Source: Vicugna vicugna (lineage: Eukaryota). Taken from it: a stretch of DNA of 64,000 bases. Made by a program: the position numbers and the translations under genes. A model generated the notes under the pieces. It was not told the DNA's origin. It ran no database searches and saw only the letters and a list, made by a program, of their open reading frames with translations. The stretch lies in assembly GCA_013265495.1 (NCBI GenBank), contig MU057552.1, positions 223,748 to 287,747 on the forward strand. Direction: 5' to 3'. This document shows, piece after piece, positions 38,191-52,300 of the stretch; within the stretch, counting starts at the first letter, position 1, and each line of letters starts with the position of its first letter.

Positions 38191-38464
38191 TCAATACAAA
38201 AATAATAAAACTGACTTATAATGATCACTTGGAAAAATAAAAAGGCTTTAAAAAGCAGTTAACACTTTATTCACATATCTATTCTAATCCTCATTAAGGA
38301 ATGCTTAGTTCTAATTATTTACACTGTTTGCTAAATTCTTATGTCCTCCCTGCCTTTGTTCTGGATTATGTAAAGAGAGAAAAATAAAGATCTTATCCTC
38401 ATGAAGCTTACACCCTGTCTGGGCCTTACATAATGTTATTTAGGCAGAAATAAATATTGTAATT

Positions 38465-38566
38465 ATATATGTGTGTATATATGTATATGTCCTATATATG
38501 TGTGTGTATATATGTGTATGTATGTATGTATGTGTGTGTGTGTGTGTGTGAGTGTGTGTGTGTATA
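38465..38566. repeat. Compound (TA/TATG/TG)n microsatellite
   Basis: Directly visible. Confidence 0.9.
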
Positions 38567-39314
38567 TCTTATTTGTAGTGACCAAGAATCTAAGTAGCAA
38601 TCAAATAATCATTTTTTAAGTTTGGTTTCAACCTAGTGCATATAGCCTGGGGATATAGTTGTGTATTATAGAGCCCTAAGGACCAAATATGATAACATTA
38701 AAATAAGGTAACACCCAGGGTGCATGGTGATTGAAACAATGAATAAATAGATTAATGGTTGGATGAATGAATAAGTGTGTCATTTGTTTATCTTTTCAAA
38801 GGGTAATAAATATCCCTCCTATTACCAATAGGCAAAAATCTCAAGGCTTTGAAGAAGAATTTTGTGTTCTTTGATCTCTATTCCTCTATCACCTGTACAA
38901 ATTTATTATATTTTTAAATAAACTAAAGTGGATTCTGTTTCTATGACTGTACTAGGAATGATATGTCAACTCTAGAATGTTCTTCCTTGTGTCTATCTAT
39001 TTTTCAAGTGTGGTTGTGCTACTCAACAGTGTTATTTGGATGGAATTTCTTTTACTTCAGATAATGTGATCTTTTTCTCTGACCACTGTTTTTGTGGACA
39101 AGTGGCCCACTGTTTTGTGGACAGTGGTCCCAGGCTGTATTGAATATGGTGCCGACTCTTTGCCCAGGAAACAGTCCCTGATCAAACATGAGTAATGATT
39201 TCCTCCCTTGATATATTTGGTCTAAGGCACCAATCTCTCTCTGTCCCTGCTGACTGTCCACTTATATAGAAAATGCAGACAATCAATTTGTATTTCCCTT
39301 CCACTTAAAGTACC

Positions 39315-40127
39315 TAATTATTTTATTTTGATGAAATATGCACAAATATTTACTATTTTATCTATTTAAAGTGTACAAATTGTGGAATTAAGTAAATTCA
39401 CATAGATGTTACAATCACCATCACTATCTACCTCCAACCCTTTGCATCATGCTCAACTGAAACTCTGTATCCAATGAACAAGTACCCATTTCCCTCTCCC
39501 CACGCTCCTGGTAATCTTGAGTAAACTATCTGTTTCTATGAATTTAACTACCCTGGATAAGTCATAAAAATGACATCGTATAGTATTTTTCTTTTTGTGA
39601 CTGGCTTATTTCAGTTAGCATAATGTCCTCAGGTTTATTTAGGCTGTAACATGTGTTAGAATATCCTTCATTTTAAGGCTGAATAATATTCCATGGTAAG
39701 AATGTACTACATTCTATTTTATTTTTTAATTTTTAATTTTAAAAGAACTTTTGCATTTCCACTTAATTTGCAATTATTACAAAATACTGTCTATGTTCCC
39801 CGTGTTGTGCAATACATCTTTGTAGCCTGTCTTATACTCAATATTGTGTCACTCCCACTCTTCCCACTCCTCCACACCTATATTACCCACTGGACTTCCC
39901 ACTGTTAACCACTGGTTTGTTCTCTATATCTGTGAGTCTGCTTCTTTTTTGTTGTTGTTTTTGTTATATTCAATAGTTTGTTGTATTTTTTGCATTCTAC
40001 ATATAAGTGATATCATATAGTAATTTTCTTTCTCTGTCTGACATATTTCACTTAGATAATGCCATCCAAGTTCATCCATGTTGCTGTTAATGGCAAAATT
40101 TCATTTTTTATGGCTGAGTAGTATTCC

Positions 40128-40168
<41 letters not shown>

Positions 40169-42130
40169 CATATCTTCTTTATCCATTCATCTGCTCATGA
40201 ACACTTAGGTTGCTTCCATACCTTGGCAATTGTAGATAATGATGCTATGAACATTGACATGCATGTATCTTTTCAAATTATTGTTTTTGTATTTGTTTTT
40301 GTTTTTGGTTTTATATACCCAGTGGTGAAATTGCTGGGTCATATAGTTATTCTGTTTTGAGATTTTTGGAGAAATCTCCATAATATTTTCTACAGTGGCT
40401 GCATGAATTTACTTTCCCACCAAGAGGCTACCAAGGGTTACTTTTCTCCACATCATTGCTAATATTTGTTATTTGTGTTCTTTTGATGACAGCCATTCTG
40501 ACCAGCTAATACACTACAATTTATTTACCCATTCATATGTTGGTGGATAACTAGATTGTTTCCATTTTTTTATTGTTTTGAATAATGCTATTATAAACAC
40601 TGGTGTACAACTATATGTTTTAGTTCTTACTTTCAGTTCTTTTGAGATATATAACCAGAAGTTGAATTGTTGAATCAAACGGTAATTTTATGTTTAATTT
40701 TCTGAGGAATTGTTATACTGTTTTTTACAGCAGCTGTTCAATTTTGCATTCCTACCAATGATGTACAAGATTCTCAATTTCTCTACATCCTCACCAAAAT
40801 TTGTTTTCTGTTTCTAAAGAAATGGCAACCATATCAATGTGTGTGAAATATATCTCATTTCCTTAATGAATAATGGTGATGAGCACCTTTTCAGGTACTT
40901 ANNNNNNNNNNNNNNNNNNNNNNNNNNNNNNNNNNNNNNNNNNNNNNNNNNNNNNNNNNNNNNNNNNNNNNNNNNNNNNNNNNNNNNNNNNNNNNNNNNN
41001 NNNNNNNNNNNNNNNNNNNNNNNNNNNNNNNNNNNNNNNNNNNNNNNNNNNNNNNNNNNNNNNNNNNNNNNNNNNNNNNNNNNNNNNNNNNNNNNNNNNN
41101 NNNNNNNNNNNNNNNNNNNNNNNNNNNNNNNNNNNNNNNNNNNNNNNNNNNNNNNNNNNNNNNNNNNNNNNNNNNCATTTGTTGTCACACATTGGTGTAT
41201 ATCCAAGAAATCATTGCCAAATGCAATAGAATGAAGGGTTTCCCCTACGTTTTCTTCTAAGAGATTTTGTTCAGCTTTTACATTTAGATCTTTGTTTTAT
41301 TTTGAGTAAATTTTTGAATATGGAGGAAGGTAAGGGTATAACTTCATTCTTTTGCATTTGAATGTCGAATTTCCCCAGTATTACTTGTTGAAAATATTGT
41401 GCTTTCCCCGCTGAATGGTCTTGACACAATTACCAAATCATTTGGCCGCATATGAGAATATGTATTTACTGTATTGGTTTATATGTCTATTTGGATTACA
41501 ATAGTTTGTAGTCAGTTTTGAAATCAGGAAGTATGATATCTCCCACTTTGTGCTTCTCTTTCAAGATTTTTTCTTTGTATATTTGGGGTCTCTTGAAATT
41601 CCCTATGAATTTTAGAACGACTTTTTCTTTTCTGGAAAAATATTGGAATTTTGAAAAGACTTGCATCAGATCTGTAGGATGTGTTGGATAGTACTGACAT
41701 CTTAGCAATATTAAAACTTCCAACCTATGAACGTGGGTGTCTTTCTATTTTTTATACCTTATTTAATGTCTTTTGGCAATGTTTATAGTTTTCAATGTTT
41801 ACAAGTCTTCTTCTAGGCTAAATTTATATTTAATTATTTTAATCTCTTTGATCCTATTTTAAATAAGATTGCTTTCTTAATTTTATGAATTGTCATGTTA
41901 GTGTATAAAAATGCAATTGATTTTTAATTGTTGATTTTGTATCCTCCAAATTTGCTGAATTGTTTATTTTTCTATTATTTTTTGGTGAAATCTTTGATAT
42001 TTCTATATTTAATATCATGTCGTGTATTAAGAGAGGATTTATTATGTCATTTCCAATTTTAAATCTCTTTATTTCTTTCCCTTGTATTATTACACTGGCT
42101 AGTGCTTCTAATACTATGTTAAATAGAAGA
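39315..42130 (-). mobile_element. Nested old L1 3' ends/ORF2 (L1MA/MB-like), containing a (TG)n at 40130-40166 and a gap
   Basis: L1 3' UTR motifs appear twice. ORF 41496-41723 ends IILPDFKTDYK, which is ORF2-like. Confidence 0.75.
40902..41175. other. Assembly gap (274 N)
   Basis: N run. Confidence 1.
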
Positions 42131-42619
42131 GATTAGGTCTAATCTCCTGCATAAATGTAGGAATATCTAATTTACTGTGTGATCATGAGAATTAGAGATA
42201 GTAAGTGTACTTCCTTAAAAGGTAGAAAGTGTCCAATAAGAGTGGCTGTTATATCACTGAGTCTCTTTAGTCTTTACATATTCTTTACTATGATTATATT
42301 TATGAGGTTGATTTAGATTTTGATACCTGCTATTGAACTCTCTTACTCTCTTTACAGCAGAATATCCATCCCAAGATATGAGTGCTGGCTGCTAGAAATG
42401 CACATATGATCTCCCTTGAGAAATGCCTGGCAACCTCCTATGTCTCCATTTCTCTAAAGATTTCTTCTCAGAGGATTCAAGCAACAAATCATCAACAGGA
42501 ATTGCCATCTTATGTTTTGCTTCTAAGATACTAACATTAGAAAATTATTTTTTAATTTTTATTTTTAATACTACAAATATATCTTAGGCTTTCCACTAGC
42601 AACCAAAGATACATCAAGC

Positions 42620-45230
42620 CCTCAGCTAAAGAGAATGCTAATCTATACTGGATCAGTTTCCCCTTCCTGGATCCACTTCTGACATGATGTTGTGCAACTC
42701 AGAATCACTCCTCAGCAAAACTGATGAAAATTATTTTTTAAAAACCCATTTAAAAATAGTTGGCCTTATGAGCATACAAAAATGGAAGTGCTGCTACAGA
42801 TATACAGCAAATAAGGACACATTTACTCAAGAACATTTACTAAAACTCCATAAAATGATGAACCTTTAGTATTTGAAGATCTGTACTGTTACCCCCTCCA
42901 CTCATTGAGCTGGGAAATCCACCCAGATTTGTACAACCAAGAACACAATTTCTGACTCCCCCCAGGTCCTGGTTGGAGGTTTGCCTTCCTGAGAAGGACA
43001 GGGCATTAGCATTTGTCATACTGCCCCAAGATGCTTGTTGCTGAGGCAAAGTTCTGGACAAGTGCAGCCAACAGTTTGGGACTCAATTCTTACACTAAGT
43101 TTTCTCTCATGAGACAAAGGTTCTACCTTGGACATGGTAGGACACTGAGGTCACAATTGCTCTTGTCTCAGCTCATAGGACAGGGGGTTGTGCCAAGGGA
43201 GACAAGACCAAGACACCTGGGGCTCTTGTCCATATATCCACTGAGCACTTAGTTCTTCAAACTGGGCTGTCACTTAGAATTGACCTATTGTTACTTACTC
43301 CAGCACCAGAGTTGTGGCTCAGAGATTTTCCCTGGGAGTAAAGGTAGGCCATAAAACAGAGAGCTTAAATTATCTCCCCGAAGGAGCCAACTTTAGTTGC
43401 AACAGCATATGAAGTTCAAATCTAAGGGTGCTTTCAAAAACAGTAGAAGTGTTGTGAGAGGCAATGGAGAGGAGACTGATAAATTCATTGAAGATGCAGG
43501 CTAAATGATAAGCCAACTAGTTGCTGGAGAAAAATGAGAAAACAACTGCAAGAACTAGAGTCTGAATAACTTTCAAACATTGGCCATTAGGAACTGTCCC
43601 TTCATACCAGCCTGAATATGATTGGATTAGGATGTAAATAATTTATTCTCCAGGGCATTGATATGAACAATAGAGCTTTTAACCAGTAGTTAGTGTGGTC
43701 AGGTAACTAGACAAACACTGCCAAAGTCCTGCTAAAACCCTGTTATCCCAGAGTGGCTGGGCATATCCAAGGACAAATCTCTGAGGAAAAACATCAGAGG
43801 CTTTATCCTGTGTCTGTTTAGGGGATAGAGGAGGAGGAGCAGGGAACAGACATCACTAAAATGATCCAGTTAGTCCTTAAACAAGTAAACAAACTAACAA
43901 CAATGACAAGCACTGAAAGAGGGGTGAGATGAAGCCAGTAATCAAAGTTGCTGCAATATCGAAAATGTTCATTTTCCAAAAAATATTTTGAGACATGCAA
44001 GATAAGCAGAAAATTATGGCCTAGATACCAGAAGAAAAGCAGGCAATAAAACCACCTGCAAGAGTGACCAGATGTGAGAAAAAAAGCCATTATAAACATG
44101 TTCAAAGAAACAAAGGAAACCATGATTTTAGAAGTAAAACATGATGACAGTGTCACATCACATAGAGAACATTAATAAAGAGACAACAATTATTAAAAAT
44201 AACCAAATGGAAATTTTGGGGCTGAAAAGAGCAATAAGTGAAATTTAAAAATTCACTAGATGGGATCAATAATACACTTAAAATGGCAGGAGGTAAAAGT
44301 ACTTAAGAATAGATCAATAGAAATTATGCAATCCAAAGAGCAGAGTGAAAAAAGAATGAAGAAAAAATGAGGAAAGCCTCAGAGAAATGTGAGACACTAA
44401 TGTATGTCAACAGACATGTAAAGGCAGTACCAGAATAACAGAAAGAGAAAGGGGCAGAAAAATATTTGAAAAATTAGTGGCTAAAATTTCCCAAATTTAC
44501 TAAAAAAATTTAAATCTACATATCCAGGAAGTTCAGCAAACTACAAGTAGGATAAACTTAAAAAGACCCATGAATAGACACATAGTAAAAATGCCAAAGA
44601 AAAATTTTAAGGCAGCAAGAGAAAAATGACTATGTGTATCATCAGAAACAATAGAGGGCTGAAGGCAAAAGGATAATGTATTCTCAGCCCTCAAATTTTA
44701 AAAACTCTTAATCAAGAATCCTATATCCAGCAAGATTATCATTTAAAAATGAAGATGAAATCAAAAGATATTTGGATAACAAAATCTGAAAGAATCTGCT
44801 GCCAGTAGGCCTACCTTACATGATATACTAAAGTTAGTTCCTCAGGCTGAAAGCAAGTGACCCAAGACAGTAATTTGAATACACACACAAAAAATACCAA
44901 GAACACTGATAAAAGTAATTATGCAATTATAAAAGAGTATAAATGCCTATTTCTTATCCTTTCTTCTCTTATCTTATTTAAAAAGCCTAAAGCAATATAT
45001 ATTTATTTGTAGTTGTGGGCAAATAACATACAGAAATGTAATATATTTACCAAGATCAGGGCAAGGAGGTTGGTGAGAACAAGCCAACATTGGGTTAAGA
45101 ATTAACTTCAGATGTTTCACTTGAATCCAGAGGAACAAATGCATAGAACCTGAAATGGAAAGAAGGCTAATATGAAAAAAATTATACATATAACTTAAAA
45201 AATGTGTTCTACACTGGAAACTGAAAAAAA
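42620..45230 (+). mobile_element. Old L1M 5' UTR and ORF1 remnant
   Basis: A-rich ORF1-like region at 43960-44850 (aaccaaatggaaatt, agcctcagagaaatgtg, agaatcctatatccagcaa, cctaccttaca). Confidence 0.65.
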
Positions 45231-45586
45231 NNNNNNNNNNNNNNNNNNNNNNNNNNNNNNNNNNNNNNNNNNNNNNNNNNNNNNNNNNNNNNNNNNNNNN
45301 NNNNNNNNNNNNNNNNNNNNNNNNNNNNNNNNNNNNNNNNNNNNNNNNNNNNNNNNNNNNNNNNNNNNNNNNNNNNNNNNNNNNNNNNNNNNNNNNNNNN
45401 NNNNNNNNNNNNNNNNNNNNNNNNNNNNNNNNNNNNNNNNNNNNNNNNNNNNNNNNNNNNNNNNNNNNNNNNNNNNNNNNNNNNNNNNNNNNNNNNNNNN
45501 NNNNNNNNNNNNNNNNNNNNNNNNNNNNNNNNNNNNNNNNNNNNNNNNNNNNNNNNNNNNNNNNNNNNNNNNNNNNNNNNNNNNNN
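45231..45586. other. Assembly gap (356 N)
   Basis: N run. Confidence 1.
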
Positions 45587-45599
45587 AAAAAAAAAAAAA

Positions 45600-46694
45600 A
45601 AATTCCAATAAAGAAAAAAAAAACCATAAAACAAAAAAAAAAAAAAAACTGAGGTATAGAGAAAATAATACATGGAAAGTGTAAATCCCATTGTTTAGCT
45701 TAGTTTTGTTTTTATGAATTCTGGATACAAGTCCCTTGTCAGATATATTATTTGTGAATATTCTCTACCATACTGTTAGTTGTCTTTTCATTTTCTTAAT
45801 ATTAAGTTTTTTTAATTAATGCTATTTCTCTCTCTCTTTTTTTTTAAAATTAAAATGAATGAGCAAACACAACATGTCTACAAATGTGTAGATACAGGTG
45901 CTCTGGAAGAAAGGCATAAATACATGACAAAGAAACGAGACTTGGCATTTTAATGCTGAGAATGCCATCCTCAATGCCATAACACAAATGCTTGCAACAA
46001 ACTATGTGTATCTGCTATACTCTACTCCTCAAATGCAGGACTTACGAACTCAAATCAGAATTTGCCATCAAAAACTCAAACTTGAATTCCTGTACTAGGA
46101 ATATCTCCTCTCCAGAACTAAAATTATATAGCAAGAAAATCACTAAATAAATTAAAAAATAATATTAGAATATATTTCATTAATGAAAAAGAAACCAGTA
46201 ATCCAAAAAAAAAAAAAAACACTTGAGGTATAGAGAAAATAATAACTTAAATGGGAAGTGTAAATCCCATTGTTTTGCTTAGTTTCGTTTTTATGAATTA
46301 TGGATACAAGTCCCTTGTCAGATATATTATTTGTGAATATTCTCTACCATACTATTAGTTGTCTTTTCATTTTCTTAACATTAAGTTTTTTTAATTAATG
46401 CTATTTCTCTCTCTCTCTTTTTAAATTAAAATGAATAAGCAAACACAACATGTCTACAAATGTGTAGACACAGGTGCTCTGGAAGAAAGGCATAAATTCA
46501 TGACAAAGAAATGAGACTTGGCATTTTAATGCTGATAATGCCATCCTCAATGCCATAACACAAAATCTGTGCTTGCAACACAGTAAACTATGTGTATCTG
46601 CTATATCCTACTTCTCAAATCCAGGACTTACGAACTCAAATCAGAATTTGCCATCAAAAACTCAAACTTGAATTTCTGTACTAGGAATATCTCC
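45600..46694 (+). repeat. Gap-adjacent direct duplication of about 0.5 kb
   Basis: About 45600-46107 versus 46170-46694 (tgaggtatagagaaaataata ... tgtactaggaatatctcc). Confidence 0.9.
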
Positions 46695-47059
46695 AGTAGA
46701 AAGCACTAATGTTATTTGAATATTCAGTGTAAGTAGCTTTAATTGAGATAAGTCTTAGGAAGGTGTTACAAACCTTTCCCATTCCCACATACCTGGGTAC
46801 ACAAGACATAGGCATTTATTCCATATCCATTAACAGTTTACAGAGCACCCACTGTCCCCAGGCACCACATTAGGCCTTGGGATCCTGAGGAGGAAAAGAT
46901 GCACTCTTGCCCTCAAGGAATTTAGCCTAGTGAAGAAAACTGTCTCAATCCCCTAATAACCTCTCCTTCCATCAAACAAGGAAAGCATTTACAAACTAAT
47001 CATGCACTTTCTTATCACAAACTACATACATACATATAGAAAAGCACATGGACTGTAAG

Positions 47060-47390
47060 CATTTGAAAACAATCGATTCAGGAGGGCCTTAGAGAAAATC
47101 TAGTCAAAATCTTTCATTTTACACCTGAAAACTTTAAACCCAGAGTGGATAAGTGACTTACCCAGGATCACGACAAGAGCTAAAATTAATACAGCACTTC
47201 CTATATGCCTAGAACTGCTCTAACAATATTGTTTATTCAATCCTCACCACAACTCAAATTTCAAATAGAAAACTAAGGCACAGAGAAATTAGTTAACAAC
47301 AAAATTCAAACAACTCACAAGGGCAAAGTCAGAATTTGAATCTAAGCAGTCTTGCTCCAGAATCCATACTTTTAGTCACAATGCTATATT
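47060..47390 (-). mobile_element. MIR fragments
   Basis: MIR core motifs: cattttacacctgaaaact...aagtgacttacccaggatcac and aaactaaggcacagaga...agaatttgaatcta.gcagtct. Confidence 0.55.
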
Positions 47391-47880
47391 TAAGTAGCTA
47401 TGTCTAAAGGGAACCATGATTTTCTGACTCATGTTTTTACATTCTGTCTTGTTATTTTATACTGTCAAGGTTTCCAGCATTTCCAGAACCCATTGGTCAA
47501 AAATTATCATAAAAATCTCAAGATATTATGGTACCTCAAAGTCACAAGATCCTTAATTTTGGGAAAATGGCTCAAATCAACGTGGATGTATATGTTACCA
47601 GAAGGTGAAGATGAAGACATGCACAGCCATGAGAAATATAATAAGTAATCTTGTAATAAGTAATTTTTTATCTTACTTTGACAAATGTTGCCACTTGTAT
47701 CTCATTTCTTGGTTTCCTGAATCACTCCGATGTACTCCTTCTCACTTCCAAATCCCAGTCTTTTAGTGTGTTGATTCTTCAATCAAGTAAGAACATGTTA
47801 ATGTAGACAGAGCTAGGGATTAAATCTTGAGACGACCCTGCACTATACAAGATAGAGAAGATGTCCATTTCAGAAGTCTA

Positions 47881-49377
47881 AGATTTCATTTCACTCATTC
47901 ATTTATCATCTACCAAATATTTATTTGGTGCCTGCCATATGCACAACACTGCACTGGGTTCTAGGGATGTGCTAGCCTATGTGATGGATGTGACCTTTGC
48001 CCTTCTGAGGTGCACAGTCTTGCAGCATTCCTCCAGAAGAAGTTAGGGATCCATAGCTAAGCACTTGTCAACTCTTAAACTGCTGGGCCTCTGAATGATG
48101 GCTGAGCTATAGGAGGATGAACAGAATGACTCAGCAAGACGGGACTGTTAATAGTTTCTGCCACTCTCAGGTGTGCAGACTACAGAGTAGAGAGCAAGAC
48201 TGTTAATAGTTGCTGTCACTCTCAGGTGTGCAGACTACAGAGTAGAGAACATATTAGAAATGACAGTAATACACTGAGTGTTATGCATGAACTATAAAAC
48301 AGTTTATAAATAGAAATTATTTGCATTATGATTGTATTTTGTCAGAATATACATAGCTTTTTGTTTTTGTCCTTGAGGACCATGAAGAGCAAAATATTAT
48401 GTCAGCTTATTGAATTGGTGAAGTAAATTAAGCAAACCCAGGGATTTTATTTGATAATAAAGTTCACTCAAAGATGAAGGTAAAATTGCAAAATTTACAC
48501 TCACCTATATATTTGTTCTCATCCTTTAGTATGCTTCTTCCCTCATTTTTACTTGTAATCAATCTGTCTGAAACTCCCCCAGTTACACAGAGGCCTTTAC
48601 CAGACACCAAAAGCTATTCTGCTCACAAAAACAACAGGCTTCCTTAAGCCTTAAGTTTTTTTAATTTGCCATTTAGGTCTCAATTTCTCTGAGAAATCTG
48701 GGAAGTCCTCTCCAATTTAACCCACTCTTTCATCTACCAATGTAAGACCCAACTACTTTTGCCCTTCAATTTTGTAATGGTATAAAGGACACCAGGTTTA
48801 TTATCATATTGCTCTTTTTCATAAGGTGACCTACTTACATTCAGCTATTATAAAGCGTATTTGAGTCATAGGATCTGAACCATGTCAATATCCTGTATTA
48901 GGAGATTTTACTCAGCCCTGAATTTGCTCATATATCCAGCTACATATTTGCCTCTTTTTTTCTAAACTCTAAGTTTCTTGAGGGCACATGTATATTTGCT
49001 TTTATATCCTCCAAAACAATTCGGTGGAGAGACTGAATTGGATATAAAGAAGTTAGCAGAGATAAATTAGCAGAATAAGTGGATAATTGGAAGGTGCACC
49101 TGCATTTGGATACATAGGATTCAGGAGACAAAGCCACAGAGAATGGTGGTGTGGGGACACACTGGGGTTTGGTTAGTTAGTCCTCACTTATTTATCATGT
49201 CCAGCCTAACGGTCCCTGGAGGAATGCTTGGAGACTTGTGGACCCCAGAAGGGCAAAGGCCACATCCATTAAATGGACCAATGTATCCTCGGAAAACAGT
49301 GCAGTGTTTTGCACATAGTAGGCATAGAATGAATATTTGTTGGATGATAAATGAGTGAGTAAAGTGAAACAAAGTCT
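47881..49377. repeat. Inverted repeat of an L2 3' fragment (arms 47881-48036 and 49216-49377)
   Basis: About 78% identity over ~148 bp by hand alignment, one gap, ~1.18-kb spacer. Confidence 0.8.
48143..48248 (+). repeat. Tandem duplication, 2 x 55 bp
   Basis: gactgttaatagtt.ctg.cactctcaggtgtgcagactacagagtagaga occurs twice. Confidence 0.95.
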
Positions 49378-52300
49378 GAGATATCTGCAATATGAAATAT
49401 TCCTATCTTCTTTTCTGATATAGTCCAGGATATTTACATTAAACACATAGAAAACAGAGACTCCTGCCTAGACTGTTAGTGGCTTGTCCCAGATATCATG
49501 GCCTGAAGAGCCACCAGCAGAACCCAAGATACCAATTCTCATACACTTTCGGGCACATATCTCTTTTTCTCTATCTCTAAAATGTTCTGAATCTTGTTCT
49601 TTTACAATTTATTTTGATTCTTAAAAATTCTTAACAAACTACATATATACATACACACACACACACACATATACACATGCATACACATTATGTCCTAGTC
49701 TTAGAGAATCAGTTAAGTTTAGAATTGAAGCTCAGTATTAAATGTGTATTACAATTAACAGACAGCCTAGTATTAGGCCAAGAAACACATATGCACAAAT
49801 AAATACACACACAGCCATTGATTAAAAAAGATGGGAGGGGCATGGAATTAAGGTGTAGCTGGTATTAGACCTGGGTTACTTCAAATCAAATAAATGAAAG
49901 AGTTGACTATGAGGAATCTCAGAAACCAGCTGCTTTCACAGTATCAGGAAAACTTTTGCCCAGATTTCAACATGGTCCAGGGAACACAGATTGAATGCTT
50001 ACAGGGATCCCAGCAAACACTGTCTCAGTCACTAGCAGAACCCATCAGGGCTTTTTTTAGATCACTTCACAGGAGCTAAGGAGCACCAACTCTGCTTTAA
50101 TTCTAAGCTTTCAGCCTGGTTTCTCTTGCAAATATTTTCTTAGAAGTCTTCATTTTATGGATGGGAAAGAGACAATAGTCAATAACTGGCTGGCTCCTTT
50201 GTGGCAGATTCCAATATGGGACCCACATGACAGTACATATTTTTAAATGGGATGCATGGGAAAGTTTCAAAGAAATATTTGGACATCTTCCCAGAATACA
50301 GATTAGCTGGAGATGGTGGGCATCCTGCTGCAGGAAATCGTGTTTTTCCTTTGAAGAAGAGCCTGGAAGATCATCTTCCTAACACTTGTCATAAAAGAAG
50401 GGATGTCATATAGTTAAGGCAGAGGATCAATCAGCACAGTGGGTACTGAGAACACAGGGTAATTGGTGGTGAATATTTAAGACTGGGACCATGATAAGGG
50501 ATCAGCTCACACAGAAGTGCATAGCTGGCCTTGCACAATTACAGTTTCTAGTCAAGCTACCTTATTCCAAAAACACATGCAATGTCAACCTCATCCTGTC
50601 CTTGGACTTCTCACCACTGAGCTCATTCTCAGGGGTCATTCTCAGAGTTTCTCCCAGGCCCGAGGAGAGCTCATGTTAAACCTCGGCAAACAGGAGATTG
50701 AAAAGGTCAGGAAAACACGGTGAAGTCTTTGATCAAAAATAAATAAAAATTCTTTATCAATGACAATATGCTCAATCATACACAGTTGAAACAGCAGGAT
50801 GACTTCCTGAGAATGCAAAGCCATGAATGCCTTCTCACTATTGTTCTTTTCTTCTGACCTGATGTCTCAATAGAACTAACAAACTTGAACCCTGATGTTA
50901 AGAAAATATTCCAAATTAGTATTTCAATTGAGCAGTGTAAAGCTAGCCAAACTTTCCCAGACCCATGTTCCTATGCTCCTCCTTCAACCCTGCGTGGCCC
51001 ACCAACCTCTCCTCCCCTTTCAGGTGCTGCATGCTTCCCCTGTAGAGTACATATCTCTGAGAAAAGGAATAATTCCTATTTACCTTGGTATTCTGTCTCA
51101 CCTCTCCAGAACTCCAGTGCTTTCTTTTATACACTGTAGACTTTCAATGTTTTAATTAATTTAAAGAAATAGAGAATTTTCCATTATCAGAAATAATTTT
51201 ATAATACAGAATTGGAAATGAACTGTTAATTCTGGATAATATTCTGTCTTCCATTAATCATAAAAAGTTTCTCATGACACAGAGAAAACTGAACTCTTAT
51301 CAAGGCAGCCACATTGAGCAAAGCTGATGACACTCAGAGTCTCTCTTTTTTATATATATTTTTTATTTTTTGGTTTGGTTTGGGTTTTATTGTTTTGTTT
51401 TGTTTTTCAGGGAATCAACTCAGAAGGGCCCTGCCAAACCTAGGAGTGAGTTGATTGTTCCATGTGGGTCATGCAGTTAAATAATACTATTTGTAGTGAT
51501 CCTTCCATTTCTGTTATTTGTAACTCTGCTTGTGCCAGTGGGTAGAGTAACAGGCCACATTGCTGCTCACAGTCATCCCATTTATCATATGAATGTGAGG
51601 AGTCTACCCCTAGATATTTCCCCAAACCAATGGGATGCTGTAGAAAACAGAGTATTTCTATGTCTGTTTCTTCTGGATATTCTCAGCTTACCAGAAACAG
51701 ATTGACTGAGCCCTGAGGGTGGATTGGTCATTTTAAGACAATATTTGGGGCAGATAAGGCAAAAGAATAGAACTTAGGTCTTTCTAAATTTTGCTTGTCT
51801 TTCATGAGACTCTTTCTGATTACTACCACCTGCACTGATCCATCTCTTCATGTAAGTAGTACTTGGTTGTTTTCTATGTGTTCACCTAAGTTCTGAGCAG
51901 CTTGAGGTCAGAAACCAAGGTTGATGCTTTTTTGATATTGTGCTTGATATCTAGCAGCTTGATATCTACTGATGGGCGCAAAACAAGTGCTTAATATTTA
52001 TGATGAGACGTCTAAACACAATTTTACACTTTGACAAATTTGGTTATGGAAATAGTGACTGAGTCTTTTAGAATTTTCTATGAACAGAATAATTGATTTT
52101 CTTTGATCAAAATAAATTGATCAGAGGGTCCCTTAGAGAATTTCAGATATTCCTTTAAGGATTTGAGCATATTCCACGACTTCACCTGTCATATTTCAAA
52201 GAGATTGCAATGTAGTAGAAAAGCTGGGAACAGACATAAAACACCAAGTGGTTTTATATTTCTCATTATAAGGCCTACCCTGGGATGCCAGTAATTTCTA

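Noticed and set aside
40814..45691. Long ORFs full of X
   Set aside because: Artefacts of translating across N gaps. The same applies at 56711-57061.
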